Shown here: positions 25,003 through 36,384 of the stretch, piece by piece
Numbering within the stretch: the stretch's first letter is position 1
How the letters are laid out: each line of letters starts with the position of its first letter
NCBI GenBank assembly: GCA_032718475.1
Contig: JAUCBJ010000600.1
Coordinates: 1 to 41,287, forward strand
DNA from: Nemertoderma westbladi
Taxonomy: Eukaryota; Animalia; Xenacoelomorpha
Length of the DNA: 41,287 nucleotides
Reading direction: 5' to 3'
Notes under the pieces: generated by a model
What the model was told of the DNA's origin: nothing
Seen by the model: the letters and a program-made list of their open reading frames with translations, nothing else
Databases searched by the model: none
Translations under genes and position numbers: made by a program

Positions 25003-27417
25003 ATGGCGGAGAAACTGGTCAGGAAGAGAAAGGCGGAGTTAGGAGGAAAGGAGATACTGGTGGATTTCACCGAGAGGCATCCGGAAGAGAAGACGAGGGG
25101 ATACTACGAGCGGTTAGAGAGAGGTCACAAAGCGAGAGTGCTACAGGACCATTTCAGGGAGGTGCACGAACAGCGGCTGGTCGGGACCTACGGGACGCCG
25201 TCGCTGGACAACGCGATCTTCGAGCATTTCCACTACGTGGTGAAAGGAGACGAAGCGAAGTTTGGGATTCCGAAGTACGCAAGAGAGCCACCAAGAAAGG
25301 ATTGGAAGAGGTTCGTAGAGTCCATCAGCAGAGGAGGATACATGGTCCTAGATGATGAGGAGACCGTAGAAGACGAGGAGGGTTCGAGGAGAGGATCGGC
25401 GGGGTCGGCCAGAACCATACTCCTACATTTGGCTGCGCCAAATGGGGATATTTTCCTATTCGACCTGGGAATGTATGGGAAGAAGGATGGGCCGAAGTTG
25501 AACCGGTTGCCGAAGGCGGTGCAAAAACTAGTGAGAGAGAAGTCGACGACGAAAGTGGGATCGGCAATTCGCGACGATGCGGAGAGAATCATCGGTCCGG
25601 ACACCCCCAACCTTCTGGATATGCAGACGGTCTACATGGCTATGACAGCACCAGACGGGTTGGGACTAGTGGAGAACTCAAGCCATTGTGGAGCGGTGGC
25701 GATGGGCCAGCTAATGGGGCTCATGTGTCACAAACCAATGGACTGGAGTAAGTTCAGAGAGGAGTACAGAGCGGAATTGGTGAACTCGCTGAAGTGGGGA
25801 GCGAGACCAGGAATACAAGAGGTGTATCAATTCCGGAGAGGAGCGATAAAGGTATATCAGAAGCGATATATCCTGCAGGAAGACTGGATAATGATGGGTT
25901 TGCTTAACCTATTCATGACCGTCGTCATTGAGAAAGAACCAACGGCATTCCTATTATCGGGATCACCCCTAAGCTACAGAAGAGCCTTCAAGACGGCTTT
26001 CGAGGGTCTGGTAGACCACCCGGGGCTGAAGGGCGAGTCGGTGTACTATAACTGCCGACATCTGGTAGACGGGGAGGTAGATACGCCATATCAGAGATGG
26101 GAGCAGCTAGAGGCGGATAGACGAGAAGTGAAGCGATTGGAAGAAATCGCTAGACAGGAGAGGCGAGAAGCAGAAGAAAGGGAGGAGAAAGCTAGGGCAC
26201 AGAGCTACGGCTTCGAGGAACAGGCGGCCTTAGATGAACTTCGTTGGACGTCATCAGGGAGTTCGGGGGAGTCTCTAGGGCGAGAATTAGGGTGGACGGT
26301 GGGATCACCGAAACAGTCGACATCGGGATTGCAGACCACGCCCATACCAGCGGGCGCCGAGGGCAATCAGCCGCTAAGGAGGCTAGGGGAGCTGGAAGGA
26401 TGGAAAGTTACGGGCGAGAGCCAAGGTGGAAAGGGACACAGTGGGTCCACCGGGATACCGGGGTTGGAGCCACTCCCAGAGGAGGACGAGGATGACGACG
26501 AGTTCAGAGAGATGCCGCCCATCGGGAGGATCGGCCACTCGGACACGGACTGGGTTGGCGGGAGGGTGGTGACAGCCAGTGGTGCGAGGGCCTTCTGGGA
26601 GAGACCCGGCAAGCGGGCCTGGGTGCATGAGGAGCCGGCGATGGATTTCGCGGGGAGCACCATCAGGTTGGGCGAGCAACCGGGAACGGCACCACGGGTA
26701 GTATTCGGGGAGACGATGCCCGGGAGGGGCGAGGAGATCGACGTGGACAGGGACGCTAACGTCCAGAAGTTCGCTTACCAGCGACTCCACAGACCGCGGA
26801 GATCGCTTGGGATGAAAGACGACGTGGGGTGGGAGACATTGGTGCTCGGCTATGATTACTGTGGGAGGCAAACCCACCAGGAAAGGAGCTGTTTGTACCG
26901 GTTCCAGAAAGGGACTAGTTGTCTCTACTGCCGCGAGTCGAGCCACAGGATGGGGGCGTGTCCACGGCTGCACAACCGGTGTTAGAAGTGCAGCTTCCGG
27001 GGGCACTACGGACGCCAGTGCGACTGGATGGACGACAAAGAGAAGTTTAGGATCTTCGAGGAGTGGGCCGACGTCGGGGCCATGACTCGGCAACGTATGA
27101 AGGCCCAGGAGTTTCGGTGGGGCTTCTTTAATATCAACCAGGAGGCCCACTTGGAGATTATCAAACAGAGACTTCCGTTTACCTACCAGGAGGTAGCGAC
27201 GGCGGCGTCGTATGCCGGGGTGATAAATACGCAGAGGTATTTGGACAGGTGGATGCCACAGAACAGAGGGGAGTTCAGAGATTTCTTGGCGGAGCATGTG
27301 CCGCGGGCGATGAAAGTGATCCTATGGGACGCCACCAGGGTGAGACAACAGGGCCACTCGGAGGGGCCACCCGCGAAGCGATACCGGGAGCTAATAACAC
27401 CAGCGCCCAAGGAGTAG
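25003..27417 (+). CDS. Extra ORF of the BEL element: WRN/Mut-7-like DEDDy 3'-5' exonuclease domain + coiled coil + CCHC knuckles (one in-frame TAG at 26983)
   Basis: ORFs 24958-26985 and 27028-27417 share a frame. Exonuclease-like motifs in order: VLDDE, LLHLAAPNGDIFLFDL, LPKAVQKLVREKSTTKVGSAIRDDAERI, LLDMQ, YQKRYILQED. Knuckles CLYCRESSHRMGAC, C*KCSFRGHYGRQC and degenerate YDYCGRQTHQERSC. First ATG at 25003. Confidence 0.72.
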
Positions 27418-28263
27418 ACAACCGGGATTAGTAGAGAGGTGACGGCGAGGGTCAGGAGCCTGAAGGGAGATAAGACCAAGGGAGCGGCAGTGACCAGGAA
27501 ACGACCAAGAGAAGAGGATGACAGAGGGAAGGACTTGAGATGGTTCCCAAAATCAGGTGGAACGAACTAAGACTTCGATGTGGCACGCCTGGAAGGCACC
27601 ACGTGAGACGTGCGAACTCCTAAGTACAAATTCAAATAATTGAAATAATTGAAAAGTGCAATTAGTATGTACGTACGTAACAATCATTAGTTTAGCAAGA
27701 AAATACAATCAAAGTAAATACTATAGTCATATAACCTTTTCCAATTAGCTACTGGGACTGGGGACCAATTGACTATGACAAACGAGACGCTGGACGACTT
27801 CACACTTCTTGAGTGCGACGGCCCAGGGAGGGGGGTGAGACTCGTCCGGAGTAAACGGGCTGAGATGAGGGTTGAGTGATAGCGTGAAGAGAGTGCGGGT
27901 GCAATTCAAGCGTGGGGGGGGGGGGGGGGGGAGGAGTAAGAGGCAGAGTGAGGGACAGGGAGGTCCAAGAGTTAGAATGGAAGTGAAGAGAAGTAGAGGA
28001 GAATCAGGGTGAGAGTGGAGGAGTTAGAGTGGAGTTAGAGTGGCGAAAGTGTTGGGGAAACAAAAATCGTGTGAGAGGAATTCACGATCGGCCCGACACG
28101 GGACGCCAGGAGAACGGGGTAGCGATATCATACCCATAGGGAGCGGCCTGGAAAGCCAGCTCCGGAGAAAATAATTCCACCCCACACCCGATAGTAGATC
28201 GGGATCCAGCGGAATTTTAGCGCACTAGAGGTGGATGCTATCTTCTCACAGGGAAGATAACAT

Positions 28264-28272
28264 GGGGGGGAG
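28264..28272 (+). other. Polypurine tract
   Basis: GGGGGGGAG immediately before the 3' LTR. Confidence 0.85.
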
Positions 28273-28863
28273 TGTTAGCGTATTCAATTCCGCTAACCAC
28301 CCCACACAAAGTTGGCCAAGCAGGAGCTTTAAGCAATATTGGGAGTACAAGGTTGATTGCCAATCAACCTCGTATCACCCCAATAAACAGGGCGACAAAC
28401 CCCAAAGGGAGACACACACAGCGGGGGTCAGAGGTTACACCTCCGGGAGGGAGAGAGTGACAGCAGCCAGGGGAAACACTCCCAGAGAGATGTGAGGGCG
28501 AGAATTGGGTTATTAGCCAATGGGGGGCAGGCATCCACTGAGTAATGTAATACGGCCAACCAGTGCAATATATTACCAGTTATTGTTCCTCATTTATTTC
28601 ACTTTAGTTAGTCAGTTTAGTTAGGGCAGAACGGGAACTCTTATCACCGTCCACTGCCGCCATCATCATTCAGTGTATTACCGGTACTTATTCATTCCAA
28701 CTTCCATTTCAACTGTGCTTATACTCTATCTTATATATATATTTATACATACGGAGCAACAATAGTCAGATTATTCAATAACATCAGAACTCTTTTCACA
28801 CACACGGCGGGGACGCGTAGACAAGATAACCGGGATAAATCGGGATTCTCGGATCCCGTCACA
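28273..28863 (+). repeat. 3' LTR (591 bp)
   Basis: Direct repeat of 14775-15368, followed by TSD GCTAG. Confidence 0.96.
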
Positions 28864-30602
28864 GCTAGCATACTTACGAAATCTGCAATGGCATGACTGG
28901 TCCTCTCTGTTGCAACAGCTCAGTGTGAGATCCAGCATCACACTAAAGCTGAGCAACAGTAACGAGGTTCTCGCCTCTGTGGCAACAGATCTCTGCGAGG
29001 GCTATACTGCCTTCACAGAAGCAGTTAAGGTAGCAGCTGCAGAAAAGTTCCTGTATAACCCTGAAACAGGAAAAAGGCCACCTGGACTGACCACAGAATT
29101 CGGAAGTGCCGAAATGTCCTCTCTAAGGCGCAGAATGAGTGCCGACTCTGGCACACGAGAACAGCCAAGGATGAAGTTAAGCTGCATCTAGGTCCCTTAA
29201 CAGGCAGTACTCTGATATTCTGATGGAGCTTATCAATAAGCAGGTTGATGCCATTAACAATGCTGATGATAGTAGGCAATAAGCCCAGGATGGCAATCAA
29301 TAAACCTGCTCACTGGGAGGAAAAGCCAACCAACCACCAAGATTAAGGCTGAATCTCCAGCTGAACGCCTCAAAGGTTGGAAGGACCACTTTGAGAAGCT
29401 TCTAAACAATGACAGTGTATTGCCTAATAAAGTTGAGGTACATCATGTATCTGAATCTGTGCTCACAGATATCCCTATTGGTGGCATCCTCTTTGCTGAA
29501 ATCAAAACTGCAGCTGGGAGTCTCAAGACCAATCGTGCCAGTGGAGTAGATGGCGCGCCCCCTGAAGTCCACAAAATTCCTGAGTGTTTGGAGCTCATTC
29601 ACCCAATTTTTGTGGACATGTACCTCTTTTGTGGACCTCAAGAACTGAAAACAAATAAGTATGTCCAGCCCCTAAGAAGAGCAACCTAACAACCAATGGA
29701 TCTTTTCGTGGAATCTCGTTTATTTCGATTGCTGCAAAGGTATACCACAGAATTCAACCTACTGGCACAAGAAGTAGAGGAAATCCAGCAAAGTATCTTA
29801 CTGATCAAGACTTTGCTGATGACTTAGGGGTACTGTCAGAATCACTAGAGGGAGCTCAAAGACTCATTTGCTCATTGGAGCAGGTTGCTTATAGTGTTGG
29901 TTTTTTGTAAATTCCAAGAAGTCCAAAATCATGACAATGTTCCTAGACAGCCATCAAGAAATGTCTGATCGTAAGGGCACAAGCTCTAGGGACAGCTTGT
30001 TTGAGCATGTGGATGACTTTTGCTACTTGGGATCATGGATCAGAAAGTCAGGTGAAGTCCTTCCGATACGTAAGTCATCGTTAAATAGTCTGCCCAGGCT
30101 TTGGAAGTCCCATAGAATAAAACGCAACCTTAAGGTTCAATTATTTATGGCAGTAGTAGTACCAGTCTGGATGGCACTTTCACAAGAATGCTGCGCCGGG
30201 TTCATTGTGTCAAGTACAATGAACACATCTTCAATCAGACTCTATACAACATTGGAGGTGTTCCATTAATCTCTATGTAGCTTGGCACTTTAACGGAACC
30301 GCCTCCGCTTTGCAGCACATTGCTTCTGCCGTGAGGACCAGCCAGTGCATAATCTTCTGCTTTACGGCCCTTAGGGAGCTTATAAGCATGGTGGACAGCC
30401 CATGACTTTCGCCCATGACAGCCCATGAGACGCATCTTAAAGGACACTGGCCTTGAAGATGCGGATGATCTAGCAAATGTCGTGGGTGATGGGGATTTGT
30501 GGCGGCGCAATTTTGTCGACAAGCCGGCACAGCATTCTTAATATATATGTAAAATATATATAATGCAGCTGCAATGCAGCACGCCGCTCGTAGTAGTAGT
30601 AG
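28864..30602 (+). mobile_element. RTE-like LINE, right piece (degenerate RT and 3' end with (TAG)n tail)
   Basis: WKDHFEKLLN; LKTNRASGVDGAPPEV; FRGISFISIAAKVY; DFADDL (~29810); VDDFCYLGSWI; RLRFAAHC; ends tagtagtagtag. Confidence 0.88.
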
Positions 30603-30789
30603 AAGCTTTGTTACAGTTTCTTTTCAGTCCATCTTTTCACAGTTTTCACTTTTCGCAGTTTTCAACGCAATGTTTTTACGTGCTTGGTACACTAGCAAAC
30701 AAAAAAAAGTCCTTCCTGCAACAGTTATCGGGGGATTACAATAATGGACTCTTTAGGTAAAACTGGATAATTCGTTATTATCATCAAGA

Positions 30790-31525
30790 GGGAGACGGTC
30801 TTGAACAAATTTTTACCTTACATATTATGTTAATTAATGTTGCCGTAGATCTGAAGGAAAGATTATTTATTATTTTTGTGGATTATTCCAAGGCATACAA
30901 TCGTGTTCCAAGAAAATGTTTTTTTAATTATTTACAGGAGATTGAATGCGGAAGAGTGGTGAATAAAGCATTGATGCTATCATATAGGTGTACAAAATCT
31001 ATTTTGGCACGGCAATTTATATAATTTCAACCATAGGTGTTAGGCGGGGGGGGGGGGGGGGGCTAACATGCTGCTTATTATTAGGGATATTATATATACC
31101 TGGACAAGATGGTTATGATTTGATGTGCATATTGGTGCGATGGTTTCCTAGGGGGTGTTACTAATACTACTTCTTATGAAAGTTATTGTCATATTTTCTA
31201 CAAATCGGAATGCGGTTGAAATTAAATTACGAATTTTAATGGATCACTGTAAGATATCCGCTATGCAAATTAACAGTAAAAAGTTTTTTGATATTAACGG
31301 TAGCGATACAGACAGACGTGATTTTGTTTTTCAGTCAGTTACTGTGTCACAATATTTGAATTATATTTACCTGGGTTCCCCATTCACAGAGAAGATGGTA
31401 AATTTTCATCTGTGTTTTAGTTGCAATTAGAAAGATGTGAAGATGCCAGTAATACATTTTGTATATTTTGTGCTAATAACTCTTCGATGCCTTTTGCATT
31501 AAAGAGGCAGGTATTTGAGTAGCGT
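30790..31525 (+). pseudogene. Degenerate LINE RT fragment
   Basis: LFIIFVDYSKAYNRVPR; TIGVRxG; AMQINSKK; YIYLGSPFTE. Confidence 0.75.
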
Positions 31526-31530
31526 ATTAT

Positions 31531-34500
31531 AGCTCGCTCACTGTCCGAGCTTGCTCACTGTCCGAGCTCGCTCACTGTCCGAGCTCGCTCACTGTCCGAG
31601 CTCGCTCACTGTCCGAGCTCGCTCACTGTCCGAGCTAGCTCACTGTCCGAGCTCGCTCACTGTCCGAGCTTGCTCACTGTCCGAGCTGGCTCACTGTCCG
31701 AGCTCGCTCACTGTCTGAGCTCAGTCACTGTCCGAGCTCGCTCACTGTCCGAGCTTGCTCACTGTCCGAGCTCGCTCAATGTCCGAGCTCACTCACTGAC
31801 CGAGCTCGCTCACTGTCCGAGCTCGCTCACTGTCCGAGCTTGCTCACTGTCCGAGCTCGCTCACTGTCCGAGCTCGCTCACTGTCCGAGCTCGCTCACTG
31901 TCCAAGCTCGCTCACTGTCCAGACTCGCTCACTGTCCGAGCTCGCTCACTGTCCGAGCTCGCTCACTGTCCGAGCTCGCTCACTGTGCGAGCTCGCTCAC
32001 TGTCCGAGCTCGCGCACTGTCCAGACTCGCTCACTGTCCGAGCTCGCGCACTGTCCAGACTCGCTCACTGTCCGAGCTCGCTCACTGTCCGAGCTCGCTC
32101 ACTGTCCGAGCTCGCTCACTGTCCGTGCTCGCTCACTGTCCGAGCTCGCTCACTGTCCGAGCTCGCTCACTGTCTGAACTCGCTCACTGTCCGAGCTCGC
32201 TCACTGTCCGAGCTCGCTCACTGTCCGAGCTCGCTCACTATCCGAGCTCGCTCACTGTCCAGACTCGCTTACTGTCCGAGCTCGCTCACTGTCCGAGCTC
32301 GCTCACTTTCCGAGCTCGCTCACTGTCCGAGCTCGCTCACTGTCCGAGCTTGCTCACTGTCCGAGCTCGCTCACTGTCCGAGCTCGCTCACTGTCCGAGC
32401 TCGCTCACTGTCCGAGCTCGCTCACTGTCCGAGCTAGCTCACTGTCCGAGCTCGCTCACTGTCCGAGCTCGCTCACTGTCCGAGCTCGCGCGCTGTCCAG
32501 ACTCGCTCACTGTCCGAGCTCGCTCACTGTCCGAGCTCGCTCACTGTCCGAGCTCGCTCACTGTCCGAGCTCGCGCACTGTCCGAGCTCGCGCACTGTCC
32601 AGACTCGCTCACTGTCCGAGCTCGCTCACTGTCCGAGCTCGCTCACTGTCCGAGCTCGCTTACTGTCCGAGCTCGCGCACTGTCCAGACTCGCTCACTGT
32701 CCGAGCTCGCGCACTGTCCAGACTCGCTCACTGTCCGAGCTCGCGCACTGTCCAGACTCGCTCACTGTCCGAGCTCGCTCACTGTCCGAGCTCGCTCACT
32801 GTCCGAGCTCGCTTACTGTCCGAGCTCGCGCACTGTCCAGACTCGCTCACTGTCCGAGCTCGCGCACTGTCCAGACTCGCTCACTGTCCGAGCTCGCTCA
32901 CTGTCCGAGCTCGCTCACTGTCCGAGCTCGCGCACTGTCCAGACTCGCTCACTGTCCGAGCTCGCTCACTGTCCGAGCTCGCTCACTGTCCGAGCTCGCT
33001 CACTGTCCGAGCTCGCACACTGTCCGAGCTCGCTCACTGTCCGAGCTCGCACACTGTCCGAGCTCGCTCACTGTCCGAGCTCGCTCACTGTCCGAGCTCG
33101 CTCACTGTCCGAGCTCGCTCACTGTCCGAGCTCGCACACTGTCCGAGCTCGCTCACTGTCCGAGCTCGCTCACTGTCCGAGCTCGCTCACTGTCCGAGCT
33201 CGCTCACTGTCCGAGCTCGCACACTGTCCGAGCTCGCTTACTGTCCGAGCTCGCTCACTGTCCGAGCTCGCGCACTGTCCAGACTCGCTCACTGTCCGAG
33301 CTCGCTCACTGTCCGAGCTCGCTCACTGTCCGAGCTCGCTTACTGTCCGAGCTCGCGCACTGTCCAGACTCGCTCACTGTCCGAGCTCGCGCACTGTCCA
33401 GACTCGCTCACTGTCCGAGCTCGCGCACTGTCCAGACTCGCTCACTGTCCGAGCTCGCTCACTGTCCGAGCTCGCTCACTGTCCGAGCTCGCGCACTGTC
33501 CAGACTCGCTCACTGTCCGAGCTCGCTCACTGTCCGAGCACGCTCACTGTCCGAGCTCGCTCACTGTCCGAGCTCGCTCACTGTCCGAGCTCGCTCACTG
33601 TCCGAGCTCGCTCACTGTCCGAGCTCGCTCATTGTCCGAGCTCGCTCACTGTCCGAGCTCGCTCACTGTCCGAGCTCGCTCACTGTCCGAGCTCGCTCAC
33701 TGTCCGAGCTCGCTCACTGTCCGAGCTCGCTCACTGTCCGAGGTCGCTCACTGTCCGAGCTCGCTCACTGTCCAAGCTCGCTCACTGTCCAGAGCTCGCT
33801 CACTGTCCGAGCTCGCTCACTGTCCGAGCTCGCTCACTGTCCGAGCTTGCTCACTGTCCGAGCTCGCTCACTGTCCGAGCTCGCTCACTGTCCGAGCTCG
33901 CTCACTGTCCGAGCTCGCTCACTGTCCGAGCTCGCTCACTGTCCGAGCTCGCACACTGTCCGAGCTCGCTCACTGTCCGAGCTCGCACACTGTCCGAGCT
34001 CGCTCACTGTCCGAGCTCGCTCACTGTCCGAGCTCGCTCACTGTCCGAGCTCGCTCACTGTCCGAGCTCGCGCACTGTCCAGACTCGCTCACTGTCCGAG
34101 CTCGCTCACTGTCCGAGCTCGCTTACTGTCCGAGCTCGCGCACTGTCCAGACTAGCTCACTGTCCGAGCTCGCGCACTGTCCAGACTCGCTCACTGTCCG
34201 AGCTCGCTCACTGTCCGAGCTCGCTCACTGTCCGAGCTCGCGCACTGTCCAGACTCGCTCACTGTCCGAGCTCGCTCACTGTCCAAGCTCGCTCACTGTC
34301 CGAGCTCGCTCACTGTCCGAGCTCGCGCACTGTCCAGACTCGCTCACTGTCCGAGCTCGCTCACTGTCCGAGCTCGCTCACTGTCCGAGCTCGCTCACTG
34401 TCCGAGCTCGCTCACTGTCCGAGCTCGCTCACTGTCCGAGCTCGCTCACTGTCCGAGCTCGCTCACTGTCCGAGCTCGCTCACTGTCCGAGCTCGCTCAT

Positions 34501-34701
34501 TGTCCGAGCTCGCTCACTGTCCGAGCTCGCTTACTGTCCGAGCTCGCTCACTGTCCGAGCTCGCTCACTGTCCGAGCTCGCTCACTGTCCGAGCTCGCTC
34601 ACTGTCCGAGCTCGCTCACTGTCCGAGCTCGCTCACTGTCCGAGCTCGCTCACTGTCCGAGCTCGCTCACTGTCCGAGCTCGCTCACTGTCCGAGCTCGC
34701 T
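31531..34701. repeat. 17-bp tandem satellite (GCTCGCTCACTGTCCGA)n, about 186 copies
   Basis: Continuous, highly homogeneous array; recurring variant unit CTCGCGCACTGTCCAGA. Confidence 0.98.
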
Positions 34702-35093
34702 CGATCTAGTAATAGTATCAGTTACATTTTGTCGATTCCAATGATATTTTTCCACCAAAATATTAGCATCAAAAAAATTAGATGGTCGAATTTATTTAGA
34801 TACATTTTGAATGATTTCTTATATTTTGTCCAATATTTCTTACATTTCTCTCATTAACTACAGGATGCAAAAATTGTGATTAAATGGGTTTGGCTACAAT
34901 ATTGTACAACACATAATACTTTAATGATTAATGTCACGTGCAATGCTTGACAGTTGATACAAAAGGAGGTAAATTTAATTAAATTATCATTCAAAACCTG
35001 ACAAATTGCAAACGGCACCTTGAATAGACACGTCATCGTCACCTACGTTAAATATTTAATAAATAATAAATATTTAACACGAAGCAGCTTTAA

Positions 35094-36384
35094 CCCTTAC
35101 AAGCCCAAGCTTTACAAGCCCAAGCCATTTTCTACTCCTGAAACGCCCAGGGGGGGGGGGGGGGGGGGGTGGGTGGGTGGATTCCACCCTCTCCCCCCCC
35201 CCCCACTCCCCCCCTACTGATCTCGACTATTTGTAAATTGATTTTTTGGAAATTTGGTGGAAACCTACACATGCATATTACAAATTCCAAACAATTTTTT
35301 TTTTGAAAATCACAGTAGTGACACCGTGTTGTCACTTTTCGCACAGGGTACCAAAAACAATTTGTACCATGCTTAATGCGACTCTATATGTTTGAATGTT
35401 TTTTGAAAATTTGTCAGACCGTACACAAACATATTACAAAAATGGATCTGAAGAAAAATCCTGAAAAACTTGTCGAATTGACACTAATTAGCACAGTTTG
35501 TGGTGCTAAAAAATTTCATTGCATATTTTTCGAATATTTTTCGAAAAATTTAAGTATATACATCCAAATACACTTTTTATACAATACAACCACGCTGATT
35601 CCAAATTCGTTGTCTATTTTTTCACTGCAATTTAAGTTTTTCCGCTGATCCTCTTCAAAATTTGAATTTTCAAGCTACTTGCAGTTTTCGTGCTATTGTG
35701 GTGCTTCTTTAAAATTCCGAATTTTGACATAGAATTATACACAATCTTGTTATAAATGGGTTCAGCGTTCAAAATAACCTAATATCGCCGATATATACGG
35801 AATTGGATATATGTTAATTGAAACAAGTAGTTTATTTGAAAATTAAATATTTAAAAAGTTCTAGTAAGGGATCTTTTCATTTTCGAGCCATTTTGGGTAA
35901 CTACAGCGTCTTATAATTGTCACCAATGAAATCAGCACATACGAAAACCTCAGTATGGGTGAGGATATTGACGTTGTATCCTATTTCAAAATTTGAAATA
36001 TCACACTTCTTGCACTTTTGGTGCTCTTGTGGTACAAATTTCCAAATTTCAACACGACATTTTACCCATAATCGTTTTCAATGGGTTCGGTGTTCAAAAT
36101 AACAGAATTTTGACGATCATAATTTATTTCACCATAGAGTGAAGTTACCCCAAAGAAACTGAAATGTGAAATTTCAGTGCTGAAAAGTGCTGATGTAGGT
36201 GTCACAGCGTCCTTATATCTCGAATACTACAGGTCGTGTGAACTTCTAGTTTTTTTCATAATGATTTCTGATAAATTTGAGGAATTTACATGGATTTGGA
36301 GTTCCCTTGATCGATCATCTCTATAGAATCTAAAAAAAAAACAACAGAGAGGGTGGATTCCAACCCCCCTTGGGCTGTTCAGGG
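35094..36384. mobile_element. piggyBac-like non-autonomous DNA element
   Basis: TTAA at 35090-35093 and 36385-36388; termini CCCT...AGGG; imperfect inverted ends (gcccaag/cttgggc plus a G-run and gtggattccaccc motif at both ends); no transposase. Confidence 0.7.

Larger units (their letters stand above)
14775..28863 (+). mobile_element. Full-length BEL/Pao LTR retrotransposon (14,089 bp) with an extra ORF
   Basis: Two near-identical TG...CA LTRs, 5-bp TSD GCTAG (14770-14774, 28864-28868), PPT, and BEL-type gag/PR/RT/RH/IN motifs. Confidence 0.96.

Noticed and set aside
26383-27297. 304-aa minus-strand ORF and other antisense ORFs in the BEL element
   Set aside because: Shadows of purine-rich sense coding sequence; no motifs.
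25003-27417. env gene
   Set aside because: No signal peptide, transmembrane anchor or Cys-rich ectodomain; the protein is highly charged and has nuclease-like and knuckle motifs.
31670-34744. Long ORFs of 255, 771 and 370 aa
   Set aside because: Artefacts of a stop-free 17-bp satellite; all three frames give the same repeating peptide.
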